Assembly (NCBI GenBank): GCA_026398435.1
Contig: JAPLSW010000057.1
Span: forward strand, 17,715 to 81,714
Direction of reading: 5' to 3'
DNA: 64,000 nt
From: Chlamydiota bacterium
GTDB lineage: Bacteria; Chlamydiota; Chlamydiia; Chlamydiales; Rhabdochlamydiaceae
The notes beneath the pieces are model-generated. The model worked only from the letters and a program-made list of their open reading frames with translations, was not told the DNA's origin and did no database searches. The position numbers and the translations under genes are program-made. Below are positions 18,628 through 28,948 of the stretch, in pieces. Numbering within the stretch: position 1 is the first letter of the stretch; the number at the start of each line of letters is the position of its first letter.

Positions 18628-19230
18628 GTGCTGGGCATATTTTTAGACTCTGAAGCCAATGGACTCAATTACAAAAAACATAAGCTCATTGAAATCGCCT
18701 TTCGAATACTTGACGTAGAGACGGGAGAAGAAAAAGACCGTTTTGAATCGGTTATTTTCCAATCCTTTGATGATTGGCAACTAAGCGATCTTGACAGTCT
18801 CCAAGTCAATGGGTTTACCTGGGAAGATGTAAGCTATGGAAGATCCCCTGAAACAATTGCTGAAGAAATCAAAGCCATGTTTGAAAAGCATAAGATCAAA
18901 CGGGGCGAGGCAGTATTCATTTGTCAAAACCCGTCCTTTGACAGAGCTTTTTTCGCGCAACTAGTAGATCCTGATACACAAGAAAAACTCTTATGGCCTT
19001 ATCACTGGCTGGATCTTGCTTCTATGTATTGGGCTGAAAGCATCCGAAAAGGTAAAGAAGGCACTGGCCCTTACCCATGGCTTACGGGGTATTCTAAAGA
19101 CAAAATCTCCAAGATTTATGAGATCGGACCAGAAGACAAACCCCATAAAGCTATGAATGGGGTTCATCATCTAATACTTTGCTACCAGGCAGTTGTCGGA
19201 TTTCCGAAGAAGGCCCTTAATAACTCGTAG
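18628..19230 (+). CDS. DEDDh-type 3'-5' exonuclease (DnaQ/Orn-like)
   Basis: FLDSEANGL (DxE), NPSFDRAFF and HKAMNGVHH blocks. Confidence 0.6.
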   Translation: MLGIFLDSEANGLNYKKHKLIEIAFRILDVETGEEKDRFESVIFQSFDDWQLSDLDSLQVNGFTWEDVSYGRSPETIAEEIKAMFEKHKIKRGEAVFICQNPSFDRAFFAQLVDPDTQEKLLWPYHWLDLASMYWAESIRKGKEGTGPYPWLTGYSKDKISKIYEIGPEDKPHKAMNGVHHLILCYQAVVGFPKKALNNS

Positions 19231-20242
19231 AGCCTATCTTCACCTTCCCTCTAAAGACCCTGTAGATGCAGACTCCATAAGCCAGCACGAGCGGCACTCC
19301 GATAAGCACTATTATAAGCAGAGCGGTGAGCGTTAGCTTGGAGGAGCTTGTGTTAAAAATCGTCAGGCTATTTGCTGGATCAATAGAGGAGATGATAAGA
19401 TACGGATAAGTACCAATACCAAATAGAAGGACAAGGAGTCCGATCACTGAGCAAGATGATAAAAAGGCTCTTCCATCATTACCCTTACTAAATTCTCTTG
19501 GTATATTTGCAAAGCTGAGCATCGCAAGGGCCGCGATCACAACAAGCCATGGCATATCCCGAAATCTCTCTGCCATAAAGGGCATATAGATGAGGGTAGC
19601 TACGGTTAAAAAGAAATACATAATCGCAAAAAATATCATCGTGCGATTTGCCCACTCTCGAAGACGATCGTGTAGGGTTCCTTCCGTTTTCATAACAAGG
19701 TAGATGGCCCCATGCATCATAAAGAGGGATACACTTGCCACACCAAGAAGTAAAGGATAGGGCCTAAAAAACAGAGCTATAGTCCCAACGAACTCTTTAT
19801 GTTCATTGATAGGAAGGCCTTGTACAAGATTTCCTAAAACAACGCCGATTCCAAAGGCTATGATAAGACTTGCAAAGGAGAATACACAGTCCCAAGCAAA
19901 TCTCCATCTCTTACCCGGCTGTTTACTGCGGAACTCGATAGCTACCGCCCTGAAGATAAGAGCGGCAATTAAAAGCATGACCAGATTATAAAATCCGGAA
20001 CAAAGGGCCGCATATACAGGCGGAAATCCTGCAAGAAGGGCACCTCCAACTATCACAAGCCACACTTCATTTCCATCCCATACAGGACCGATAGCATTAA
20101 GGAAAATTCTCCTATCATTATCTTTCCTGGTAAAAAAATGAAGAATACCAACACCGAGATCGAACCCATCGAGTACAGTATAGGCAATAACACTGAATCC
20201 TAAAACTGCATACCACATAATTGTTAAAATTGTTTCATCCAT
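19217..20242 (-). CDS. cydB: Cytochrome bd ubiquinol oxidase subunit II
   Basis: LDGFDLGVGIL...GPVWDGNEVWL motifs. Lies immediately downstream of cydA. Confidence 0.9.
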   Translation of the reverse strand: MDETILTIMWYAVLGFSVIAYTVLDGFDLGVGILHFFTRKDNDRRIFLNAIGPVWDGNEVWLVIVGGALLAGFPPVYAALCSGFYNLVMLLIAALIFRAVAIEFRSKQPGKRWRFAWDCVFSFASLIIAFGIGVVLGNLVQGLPINEHKEFVGTIALFFRPYPLLLGVASVSLFMMHGAIYLVMKTEGTLHDRLREWANRTMIFFAIMYFFLTVATLIYMPFMAERFRDMPWLVVIAALAMLSFANIPREFSKGNDGRAFLSSCSVIGLLVLLFGIGTYPYLIISSIDPANSLTIFNTSSSKLTLTALLIIVLIGVPLVLAYGVCIYRVFRGKVKIGSTSY

Positions 20243-20244
20243 CT

Positions 20245-21624
20245 TTAATTGCCTCTATAAGATTCTTCAAAGGGGTCGCTATAAACAGCAGCTTTCTCAT
20301 TTGTAGGCTCTGAACCAGGCCCTTCCTTAATTTTATGATCGAGCAGGTACATAAACAGGAAAAACAAAAGAGAGTAGATCACGATAAACATGATAATGGA
20401 GCCCATCACCTGATGCGCTGCAATGTTAGTTGAAACCCCATCCACTGTGCGGAGAAGCTTCCAGACTATCCAAGGCTGTCTTCCCGCCTCCGCAGTAAAC
20501 CAGCCTGATTGGTTGGCTATCTGAGGAAAGGCAACTGATGCTACAAGAACTCTAAGTAGCCATTTAGAATTCTCAAGTTTTTTCTTTCTAAATAGATAGA
20601 TTGCAATAGCTGTAGATAGAGCCATAAGCCCCCACATCGCAATCATCAAATGGTAAGCTTGAAAGACACCCTGGACATTGGGCCACTCATCTCTTGGAAT
20701 CTGATCGAGTCCCATGACAGGCTTTTCAAAATCTCTATAGGTAAGAAAGCTAAGCCCTCCCGGTATTTGCAGCCCATTGACCTTTTGCTCTTTTGTATCG
20801 ACCCATCCAAAAGCTGTAATCGGCGTGTAAGGAATTGTCTTATAGACCCCTTCCATAGCCGCGAACTTTGCAGGTTGATTAACAGCTACACCTTGAGCTG
20901 TGCTATCTGCAGAAATCAGCTGAAGAGCAAGTACAATAGCGGCCGCACCAAGCCCTATTTTCATACAAGTTCGTGCAAAGGGCATAAATTTTTTCTTAAG
21001 ATAATAGTAGGCGCTTATGCTAACAACTAAGAAAATACCGGCAAGCCAGCAACCTAAAATAACATGGATTAGCCTATCTGCTGAAGAAGGGTTGAATACC
21101 ATCTGCCAGAAGTCTGTGACAACAGCCTTACTCTCAATCCCATCATCTATGATTTTAAAGCCTTGAGGGGTTTGCATCCAGGAATTGGCAACTACAATCC
21201 ATACGGAGCTAAAATGAGCGCCAAGACACACCAGGATGCTAGATATATAGTGAACCCTCTTAGAAACCTTTTCCCAGCCGAACATCATAATTCCGAGAAA
21301 TCCAGCTTCTAGAAAAAAGGCAAACACCCCTTCGGCACCTAGCGCGCTTCCAAACACATCACCTATGAACCTAGAATACCTCGACCAGTTGGTTCCAAAG
21401 CCAAAGATCTGCACAAGACCTGTAGCCACACCTAGAGCAAATGTCAGACCAAATATCTTCGTCCAAAATTTAGCGAGCTCTTTGTAATGGGTTTTTCTGG
21501 TTTTTAGATACATTCCCTCTATGATTACAATCATCAGGCCAAGGCCGATGCTTAAGGGAGGGTAGATATAATGAAACATGCTCGTCAGAGCAAATTGTAT
21601 ACGGGAAAGAGTGACGACATCCAT
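20245..21624 (-). CDS. cydA: Cytochrome bd ubiquinol oxidase subunit I
   Basis: LSRIQFALTSMFHYIYPPLSIGL..., ...GWFTAEAGRQPWIV. Confidence 0.9.
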   Translation of the reverse strand: MDVVTLSRIQFALTSMFHYIYPPLSIGLGLMIVIIEGMYLKTRKTHYKELAKFWTKIFGLTFALGVATGLVQIFGFGTNWSRYSRFIGDVFGSALGAEGVFAFFLEAGFLGIMMFGWEKVSKRVHYISSILVCLGAHFSSVWIVVANSWMQTPQGFKIIDDGIESKAVVTDFWQMVFNPSSADRLIHVILGCWLAGIFLVVSISAYYYLKKKFMPFARTCMKIGLGAAAIVLALQLISADSTAQGVAVNQPAKFAAMEGVYKTIPYTPITAFGWVDTKEQKVNGLQIPGGLSFLTYRDFEKPVMGLDQIPRDEWPNVQGVFQAYHLMIAMWGLMALSTAIAIYLFRKKKLENSKWLLRVLVASVAFPQIANQSGWFTAEAGRQPWIVWKLLRTVDGVSTNIAAHQVMGSIIMFIVIYSLLFFLFMYLLDHKIKEGPGSEPTNEKAAVYSDPFEESYRGN

Positions 21625-21749
21625 ACGATGAGCCTTGCAGTTTTTTTAAAAAGCTCATCGTACACAATAATTCTTTTAAGTCAAAGGGACACTACATTGC
21701 CGATCTTCAGGACAGCTGATGGAGTACAGTTATTTTAGAGGTTATTTTT

Positions 21750-22916
21750 TTATAAACAAACCCAATCATCGGGAATGGATTTCAACCTTACTTCTTCAAT
21801 TTTCTTTTCGACTAATGCATCAAGCGCCTTTGGATCCGCTTCCATGCGATTCCACTTTTTATAAGCCTCATGGAAATCATCTTCAGAAATACGGCCCTTA
21901 TAAACCTGAAAACAGTCCCGTATAATCCTTGCGATGATGATATCTCCCTGATACTTTTGTTCAAAACTTTCCCCCTCAAGTCCCTTAGGTTTTAAGGGGA
22001 AATTTTCCGTATACTTAAAATCAACACAGCTTCCTGCCGCATCCGTTATAAATTCAGATTCGCTTTTTTCTATAGAAGGACGTGCTAAAATTGAAATGGG
22101 AATCAAATTAAAAATTCTTTCCCTAACAGCTGCGATCTTCCTGTGTACTACACTTACAATAGCGCTTTGACATTTTGTAAAAAGACCCACCTTTTGCTCA
22201 TACCCTTCAGGAAGACCAGATTTTAAATTAGCAAGAAAGACCCTCGCAAACGCTGGCATCTCAACCTCTTTAACATCTACTAATTGTTTTGCCAAAAAGA
22301 TCTTCCAACTCGAGGTTCCTTGTAGCTCTGTTGGTGAAAAAAGCCCCATAAATTTTTTCTGACATTTTTCAACAAGACGAGTGGCCTTAGAATCTACATA
22401 GCGTTGAATAACAAGCTGAAAATCCCTCCAATCATGTCGAAGAGGTGATTGCTCGATAAATTGTACTAAATCTTCATTTCCAATGATTGAAAATATTTCT
22501 TTAATATCCACCTTAGCAAATAGGTCATTCAGACTTCCCGACTTAACATTAAATTTTTTATTTACAGAGGCAAGAGTTTCTTCCCCCTTTTCAATTTTTT
22601 GTTGAAAGTAAAGAATGGCTCCATTTTTAACTAATGTAGTAAATTTTTTATTAGATAAATAAAGAAAAAGTCCCGCATTCACATTTTTGAAGGCAATATT
22701 AAATTTAGTCGATGAATCAAAGGTAAAATCATTGATTCTCTTAGAATAAATCTCGAGTTGCCTCTCATCAGATGTCATAGTGAAAATTTGAGAAATCCTT
22801 GCAAAAGCATAGGTAGCTGCAGAGGTAATGCCCGCTACACTAGAAGTTTTGCATACGCTCGGAAATGAATTAAAAAACGCCACAGAAGAATCTTTATTAT
22901 TAATTACTGAGTTCAT
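21750..22916 (-). CDS. Hypothetical protein (orphan, candidate secreted effector)
   Basis: 388-aa ORF with no signal peptide and no recognisable domain. Upstream region is TTAATTAA-rich. Confidence 0.5.
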   Translation of the reverse strand: MNSVINNKDSSVAFFNSFPSVCKTSSVAGITSAATYAFARISQIFTMTSDERQLEIYSKRINDFTFDSSTKFNIAFKNVNAGLFLYLSNKKFTTLVKNGAILYFQQKIEKGEETLASVNKKFNVKSGSLNDLFAKVDIKEIFSIIGNEDLVQFIEQSPLRHDWRDFQLVIQRYVDSKATRLVEKCQKKFMGLFSPTELQGTSSWKIFLAKQLVDVKEVEMPAFARVFLANLKSGLPEGYEQKVGLFTKCQSAIVSVVHRKIAAVRERIFNLIPISILARPSIEKSESEFITDAAGSCVDFKYTENFPLKPKGLEGESFEQKYQGDIIIARIIRDCFQVYKGRISEDDFHEAYKKWNRMEADPKALDALVEKKIEEVRLKSIPDDWVCL

Positions 22917-23213
22917 AATACTATCCTTTATTAACTTGTCGCATTTATTATAATTAATAACTAAATAAATTACACTTCATTATTAATTTTAATTAACTAT
23001 TAACCAACCGTACTGCAACTTTAATTAAAGAAAAAGGTTGATTTCAACTAGGAAAATTCCTAGAATCTACCTCGCGACAGGAAATTTTTATTTAAAATAG
23101 TCGATTGTTTTTGACTTTTACTGCCTATCTAGCAGAATAGGCATCTACAAGCCAAGTAAAGAGGCTACCGCTTTACTCTTGTTGCAACTAACTCTTACCG
23201 CAAAGGAAAAAAA

Positions 23214-24011
23214 ATGACTTTTTTCCACTCTCTTACTCCCCTAGTTGAAATCGCCGTAATAACGGTTATGATCAACTATTTGCTAACGTTTTTCTGGAAT
23301 ACAAGGTCGATGGACCTGGTTCTTGGACTCATGGCGTTTCTTATCATTTTTGGAGCAACAGAGTGGCTTAACCTTACGATACTCCATACGATCATGCTCC
23401 TGGTATCAAATACTGCAGTTATTGCCATCCTGATTATATTTCAGCCAGAACTTCGTGTGGCTCTTTCCAAACTCAGTCTAAAAGGCAAGCGCTTTAAGGA
23501 AATGACCGAGTTTGATAAATTCTTAGACCAACTAGCCACATCTACTTATCGACTCTCAGAAAAAAGGGTAGGAGCGCTCATTGTACTTGAAAATGAGGAT
23601 ATATTAGACGAATACGCCAATAAAGCAGTCCGTTTAGATGCTGACTTTTCTTCCGAGCTCCTCGAGTCTATCTTTGCTGTATCGACCCCCCTTCACGATG
23701 GTGCTGTTATCCTAAGGGATAAAAAAATTATTGCAGCGGCTGTTATCTTACCTCTTGCCGAAGACAGCTCTCAACTTACAAGATCTATGGGAACGCGGCA
23801 TAGAGCAGGCCTTGGAATATGCCAAGCAACGGATGCCTTAGTGATTGTCGTTTCAGAAGAGACAGGAAAAGTATCTATTGCAAGAGAGGGAATTATAACA
23901 AAAGGGATCAAAGCGGAAAAATTCAGAGGTGTCATCCGCAGTATCTTTACTCCCCCACCGGCTAAAGATTTTAAAAGTCATTTTAACGTAAAGGATTGGC
24001 TCTCCCAATGA
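23214..24011 (+). CDS. cdaA: Diadenylate cyclase (c-di-AMP synthase), membrane-anchored
   Basis: Three N-terminal TM helices, then a DAC domain with TPLHDGAVIL and GTRHRAGLG motifs. Confidence 0.9.
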   Translation: MTFFHSLTPLVEIAVITVMINYLLTFFWNTRSMDLVLGLMAFLIIFGATEWLNLTILHTIMLLVSNTAVIAILIIFQPELRVALSKLSLKGKRFKEMTEFDKFLDQLATSTYRLSEKRVGALIVLENEDILDEYANKAVRLDADFSSELLESIFAVSTPLHDGAVILRDKKIIAAAVILPLAEDSSQLTRSMGTRHRAGLGICQATDALVIVVSEETGKVSIAREGIITKGIKAEKFRGVIRSIFTPPPAKDFKSHFNVKDWLSQ

Positions 24012-25285
24012 AGACACTTTTAAGCGCAATCTTCTTTAACCACTGGCAGCGCAAAGCAGTTTCCTTGATACTTGCTATCATCATTTGGCTTGTAGTTAAC
24101 CATTCCCTTACATCTACAAAAACGATAGCGAACGTCCCTGTGCGTATCATAAGCGTTCCATCTGGCAAAACCATAGAAGGGATGCAAGCCTCTGGAAGGC
24201 TTAATAAACGACTTACCCTATCACTTGTAGGAAATAAGACTCTCCTTGAAGAGCTCAACTCCAATGATCTAGAAGTCGTGATAGATGCCTCCAATAAATC
24301 AGATGAATGGATTGCGACGATTTCCAAAAAGAACCTCATCTCGTTAAATCCAGAGATCGACATTTCTAAGGGAATCAGCCGTGTATATCACCCCAACTTT
24401 ATAATAAGGCTCACAAAGCTTGTCACAGAAAAGATCCCTATTATTATTACCCAACCCATTGGCGAAGCTCCGAGAGGTTATCAATTTCTTGATGTATGGC
24501 CCTACCGACTAACCCTTTCTGTTAGCGGTCCGGAAGAGGTAATTAAACGTCTAGCTCTGAAAGAGCAGAGATTAACGTTCAATCTCAATGACATCTCCAA
24601 AGGACAGCTAGATGCTATAGCTTCTGGACAAACTAATAATCAAAATGATGTCGTAAGCTACTTCGTGCCAGACCAATGGAAACAAATTAATATCCCCCTA
24701 CTTTCCGATGCACCCTTAGAAATTGATGATGTCCAAGCAAAAGCGCTGAGAATAGACTTTGTTAGATGCAATCTTTTAGCCTTAGATTCCCCCGTTCTTG
24801 TCGCTACGTTCTTTCCTCCTGAATTCAGTGACACCATCAATCCTGACAACTACAAAATTGAGCCAAATCTCCTTGTGCAAAGTAAAAATGGGATTTACAT
24901 GATAAATACCCCCCTCTTTGCTAAAGGAGTAGATAGGCTGTTTATCGAAGTAGTTAAAAACATGATACAAATCGTAGTCATTGCAGAGCCTCCCACAAAA
25001 AAACTACTGCTAGACTGGAGTGTACAATTTGTAAATACAAGGCTCTTGGAAGATGCCTATGTAGCAAGACTGATCTCTGACACCTCTGATGAAGATCTTC
25101 GAATGATGAAGCCGAACTTAAGAGAAGAGTATTTGCGCAACCGATTTAGAAGTTATATGAATAGATTCCAGTTATTTACTGAGGATGATGAGAAATTTTC
25201 TCTTGAAGCAAGTCTTGAAAATAATAAGATCCTAATAACCCAAGAGGCCTCACAAGAGAAAAGCCCTACTCCTCCTAAAAAATAA
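24008..25285 (+). CDS. cdaR: YbbR/CdaR-like regulator of diadenylate cyclase
   Basis: N-terminal TM helix followed by repeated YbbR-like beta modules. ATG 24008 overlaps the cdaA TGA (ATGA). Confidence 0.7.
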   Translation: MKTLLSAIFFNHWQRKAVSLILAIIIWLVVNHSLTSTKTIANVPVRIISVPSGKTIEGMQASGRLNKRLTLSLVGNKTLLEELNSNDLEVVIDASNKSDEWIATISKKNLISLNPEIDISKGISRVYHPNFIIRLTKLVTEKIPIIITQPIGEAPRGYQFLDVWPYRLTLSVSGPEEVIKRLALKEQRLTFNLNDISKGQLDAIASGQTNNQNDVVSYFVPDQWKQINIPLLSDAPLEIDDVQAKALRIDFVRCNLLALDSPVLVATFFPPEFSDTINPDNYKIEPNLLVQSKNGIYMINTPLFAKGVDRLFIEVVKNMIQIVVIAEPPTKKLLLDWSVQFVNTRLLEDAYVARLISDTSDEDLRMMKPNLREEYLRNRFRSYMNRFQLFTEDDEKFSLEASLENNKILITQEASQEKSPTPPKK

Positions 25286-26427
25286 TGGCAGCTATCACCC
25301 TGTTAAAAAGTGGAATATCTCACCTCGGCGGTCTTGAAAAATATACCTTGAGACTAGCAGGCGCTTTCGCTAGAAAGGGATGCGATGTGACCCTACTGAC
25401 AACTGGCGATACAAAGGCGATCGATCCCTCAAGTCCCATTAAAGCTATTTCCCATACCTACCAGCATAAACTCAGCGTTTTAAAAGTTAGTGAATTTGAC
25501 AAGTTCTGTAGATCATCTCTTAAAAAAAGCCCCACATCTATAATCTTTGGGCTAGATAGAAATAGACACCAAACCCACATTCGCGCCGGAAACGGAGCAC
25601 ATGCGGCCTACCTATTTCATCGAAAAAGAAGTGAAGGTTTTTTTAAGAAAGTAAGCTTTAGCTTAAACCCTCTACATAGACTACTTCTTGCTATAGAAAA
25701 GGAGTCCTTTGAAAGTCCTGATCTTAGAACACTTTTTACTAATTCCCACATGGTAAAAAATGAGATCCTTTCCTACTACAATGTAGAACCCTCTAAGCTT
25801 GAGGTGATCCATAACGGAGTGGAGTGGGAAGAAATGCAAGGATCATTTGACGAGTCTTTTACGACTAAAAAATTACATGAAAATGAGCTAGGTCTTCCTT
25901 CAGATGTATTTCATTTTCTTTTTATTGGTCACAATTTTGAAAGGAAAGGACTTGGAGAGCTTCTAGAGGCTCTATCGCTTATGAAAGACAAAGACTTCCA
26001 CCTTTCTGTGATAGGTTCTGACAAAAACAGCCTACAATACAAACAAAACGCAGCAGAACTTGGTCTATCTTCTAGGGTTACATTTTTTGGAGAGAGGAAA
26101 GATGTCCTTAAGTTTTATCAAATGGCCGATTGCCTTGTCATCCCCTCCCATTACGATCCCTTCGCAAATGTCACCATTGAAGCTCTTGCCATGGGGCTTA
26201 CTGTAATTTCATCTAAGTACAATGGAGCCTCTGAAATTCTCACCAAAGAGTCGGGGCATATCATTGAAGAGCTCTTTGATCCTTACTCTATTCTAAGCTG
26301 CTTAGAAAATGCCTTAATAACACCAAAAGGACATCTTTCAGCGGGGATAATAAGACAGAGTATAAGGAATCTTGACTTCCCCAATCAACTTGGCAAAATG
26401 GTCGACAAGACCCTAGAAACAGCCTAA
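25285..26427 (+). CDS. Glycosyltransferase, GT4 (group 1) family
   Basis: C-terminal block FFGERKDV...ADCLVIPSHYDPFANVTIEALAMGLTVISS is the typical GT4 EX7E region. The ATG overlaps the ybbR TAA by 1 nt. Confidence 0.8.
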   Translation: MAAITLLKSGISHLGGLEKYTLRLAGAFARKGCDVTLLTTGDTKAIDPSSPIKAISHTYQHKLSVLKVSEFDKFCRSSLKKSPTSIIFGLDRNRHQTHIRAGNGAHAAYLFHRKRSEGFFKKVSFSLNPLHRLLLAIEKESFESPDLRTLFTNSHMVKNEILSYYNVEPSKLEVIHNGVEWEEMQGSFDESFTTKKLHENELGLPSDVFHFLFIGHNFERKGLGELLEALSLMKDKDFHLSVIGSDKNSLQYKQNAAELGLSSRVTFFGERKDVLKFYQMADCLVIPSHYDPFANVTIEALAMGLTVISSKYNGASEILTKESGHIIEELFDPYSILSCLENALITPKGHLSAGIIRQSIRNLDFPNQLGKMVDKTLETA

Positions 26428-26555
26428 AAATCTAAGTCACACCTAAAATCCCCCTCAGATAAAATTTTTTCTATAACGAATTTGAACCTTTTGTTTACTA
26501 CCAGATTTATTGGGGATATGGTATAAAGTAAGGGATTAATATTAGCCCTGGCCTT

Positions 26556-27818
26556 ATGAATAAAGAAAAAATAAGATACTACATTCTCCGCTGCATGACC
26601 TATCCCTTAGGATTTTTACCCTACAGGGTAATTCATGCTATAGGAAGAGGTATGGGACTATGTGCTTATTATCTTCTAAGTAACTTTAGGAAAAGAACCC
26701 TTAGCAATCTAGCGCTCGCCTCAGGTCTCCATTTAAAGAATGAGGAAATCCCCTCTATTGCCAAGAAGAGTTTTCAAAATCTTATGATCACCTGCCTAGA
26801 ATATGCCAAATTTGCCAGAGAAAAAAACATCCAAAATATCGCTCATTGTGAGAATCCGGAAAAAGCTATTGAGCTTTTGAAAGATGATAAAGGTGTTATT
26901 TTCTTTTGTGGACACCAGGCCAACTGGGAAATCCTCTTTTTGGAAGGAACCAGTCGTATGCCGGGCGTTGCTATCGGCAAGCCCGTAAAAAACCCCTACC
27001 TTTATGATTGGGTCTTATCCATTAGGCAGAAGTTTGGAGGGGTCATTATCACTCCAAAAAATGCTATCAAAGAAGGCCTTCGCACTTTACGCTATGGAAA
27101 ATTCCTAGGTATCGTGGGAGATCAAGGAATGCCAGATAGCGGCTATGAGAGCCTCTTCCTCGGTCGCATGGCCTGGTCCTCACCGATTCCTGCTATGCTT
27201 GCTTACCGCAGCGGAAGACCGATCATTGTCGCTACTACAACAAGAAAAACTAGCAAGTACATCATCCACTATTCCGATCCTATCTGGCCTAATTCTGAAA
27301 AATCTATGGAAGAAGAGATCCCACGACTCATGCAAACAGCTCTTGGGCTCTTAGAAGAAAGTATTAAAAAAAATCCCGATCAGTGGCTTTGGCAACATAA
27401 TCGTTGGAAGCAGCAACTTCCTGGAAGTATCCCTAAAAAATTCCGTCATGATAGTCTTTGCGTCATACTACCAATGAACCGATCCCACTTTAAAAAAGTA
27501 AAAGGAGCCCTTTCCCGGTTCAGAGACCTATATCCCACAGAATACATCTTATTTTTAGCCCCTAGTATCTATAAGGAAGAGCTCTCTGATCTAAAAGAAG
27601 AGATCATGTGGTATGAAGAAGAAAGCGAGTGCTTAATCGATGATTATCGATTTAAGTTTGTTTTTAACTTCACGGGCCAAAAAAAGATCAAAAAACATTT
27701 CCTCCAAAGATCAGCCTTTGCAGTACTCGATTACAAGGACCTAGTAAAACTTGCTAATAAGCCCTCAGATGCGCCTTTAGAAGATCTCCTAACGAAGGCT
27801 TTAAGCTATGCCAGATGA
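26556..27818 (+). CDS. lpxL: Lipid A late acyltransferase (LpxL/HtrB family) with ~130-aa C-terminal extension
   Basis: HQANWE (HX4E-type) motif, GIVGDQG, and the family end-block PDQWLWQHNRWK at about aa 280-290, followed by 130 more residues. Confidence 0.75.
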   Translation: MNKEKIRYYILRCMTYPLGFLPYRVIHAIGRGMGLCAYYLLSNFRKRTLSNLALASGLHLKNEEIPSIAKKSFQNLMITCLEYAKFAREKNIQNIAHCENPEKAIELLKDDKGVIFFCGHQANWEILFLEGTSRMPGVAIGKPVKNPYLYDWVLSIRQKFGGVIITPKNAIKEGLRTLRYGKFLGIVGDQGMPDSGYESLFLGRMAWSSPIPAMLAYRSGRPIIVATTTRKTSKYIIHYSDPIWPNSEKSMEEEIPRLMQTALGLLEESIKKNPDQWLWQHNRWKQQLPGSIPKKFRHDSLCVILPMNRSHFKKVKGALSRFRDLYPTEYILFLAPSIYKEELSDLKEEIMWYEEESECLIDDYRFKFVFNFTGQKKIKKHFLQRSAFAVLDYKDLVKLANKPSDAPLEDLLTKALSYAR

Positions 27819-28536
27819 TCGTTTCTTTATCTCAGAAAGGCTAACAGAAGGTGGGTCTAGCCTTATTACAGAGCAAGAGCTCCATCATCTGCAATATGTC
27901 ATGAGAGTAGGGGTCGGAGAAACAGTAGAGCTCGTTAATGGCAGAGGGCAGCTTGCAAAAGCCTCCTTAGAAAGATTTACCAAGAAAGGGGCTGAGCTTT
28001 GCGTGCAAAGTATCAGAGAAGAGCCTGAAACCTCATCTTCTCTGATACTCGCTCAAGCTCTACCCAGGATCCCTCGCCTTGAATATATCATAGAAAAAGC
28101 CACCGAACTTGGGGTCACAGATTTTTGGCTCTTTCCGGCCGAACATAGTGAAAGGAAAGAATTAAGCCCGAGCCAGCTACAAAGACTCCAGCAAATCCTC
28201 ATATCTTCCATTAAGCAATGTGGAAGGCTCTACCTACCGAGGATCACCCTAAAACCCTCCCTTTTTTCCTGGAAATCTGAGAGTATCTCCGCTTTCTATG
28301 GAGATACGAAAGAAGGGGCGAAGCCCCTTGCTCAAGCTCTGCAAGAGCGCTCTATAGACTCCTCCATCTTTATCGTAGGACCTGAAAAAGGTTTTACCTC
28401 TAAAGAAGAAGACTTCCTATCTGGCCCTTATGGGGCTACGGGAGTCAGTCTTCATAAAAATATACTGAGAGTTGATACTGCAGCTATTACTGGCATATCC
28501 ATAATATCTGCTCTACACTGTCCAAGACGCCGCTAG
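27808..28536 (+). CDS. rsmE: 16S rRNA (uracil1498-N3)-methyltransferase
   Basis: ...ELHHLQYVMRVGVGETVELVNGRG..., ...IVGPEKGFT..E......L...ILR.DTA is the RsmE pattern. Confidence 0.85.
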   Translation: MPDDRFFISERLTEGGSSLITEQELHHLQYVMRVGVGETVELVNGRGQLAKASLERFTKKGAELCVQSIREEPETSSSLILAQALPRIPRLEYIIEKATELGVTDFWLFPAEHSERKELSPSQLQRLQQILISSIKQCGRLYLPRITLKPSLFSWKSESISAFYGDTKEGAKPLAQALQERSIDSSIFIVGPEKGFTSKEEDFLSGPYGATGVSLHKNILRVDTAAITGISIISALHCPRRR

Positions 28537-28627
28537 TTACAATCTTCGATTATTGTGAAGAGACGAAGGCACCCTAAGGTGTCTTTAGGACATATAACAT
28601 AGATTGCCTTGCCTGAATGGAATTTCT

Positions 28628-28948
28628 TTACGATACTTTAGATCGCTTGTGAGATTTTTTCTTAACAGGGCGGGGTAGAGGTTTTTTCTTGGATGAATTG
28701 GGAGCTGGAGCACCTCGTAATAATCCTTCGACGCTCAAGTCTTCATCAAGATCAGGCCAGTGGATTCCGTAGCCGCCTCCGCAGACTTCCCAATGCGACT
28801 TCTGTTTTAAGGTAGCTTTTAGCAACTTTGGATACCATGCCAAAGGAGCTGAGATTGTCCGACCATCTCTGAGGTCTACAACTATAGAATCCCTTGTGAA
28901 ATAAACTGCTTCAACACGTTCATCAGTCTTTACAGCTAAAATACCCAT
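28628..28948 (-). CDS. DUF2442-family protein
   Basis: ...DGRTISAPLAWYPKL...W......GGGYGIHWPDLDEDLSVEGLL matches the DUF2442 pattern. It has a basic tail. Confidence 0.7.
   Translation of the reverse strand: MGILAVKTDERVEAVYFTRDSIVVDLRDGRTISAPLAWYPKLLKATLKQKSHWEVCGGGYGIHWPDLDEDLSVEGLLRGAPAPNSSKKKPLPRPVKKKSHKRSKVS

Noticed and set aside
21470-21667. 65-aa ORF overlapping the 5' end of cydA
   Set aside because: It is in an alternative frame to the conserved CydA N-terminus (LSRIQFALT...) and has no support.
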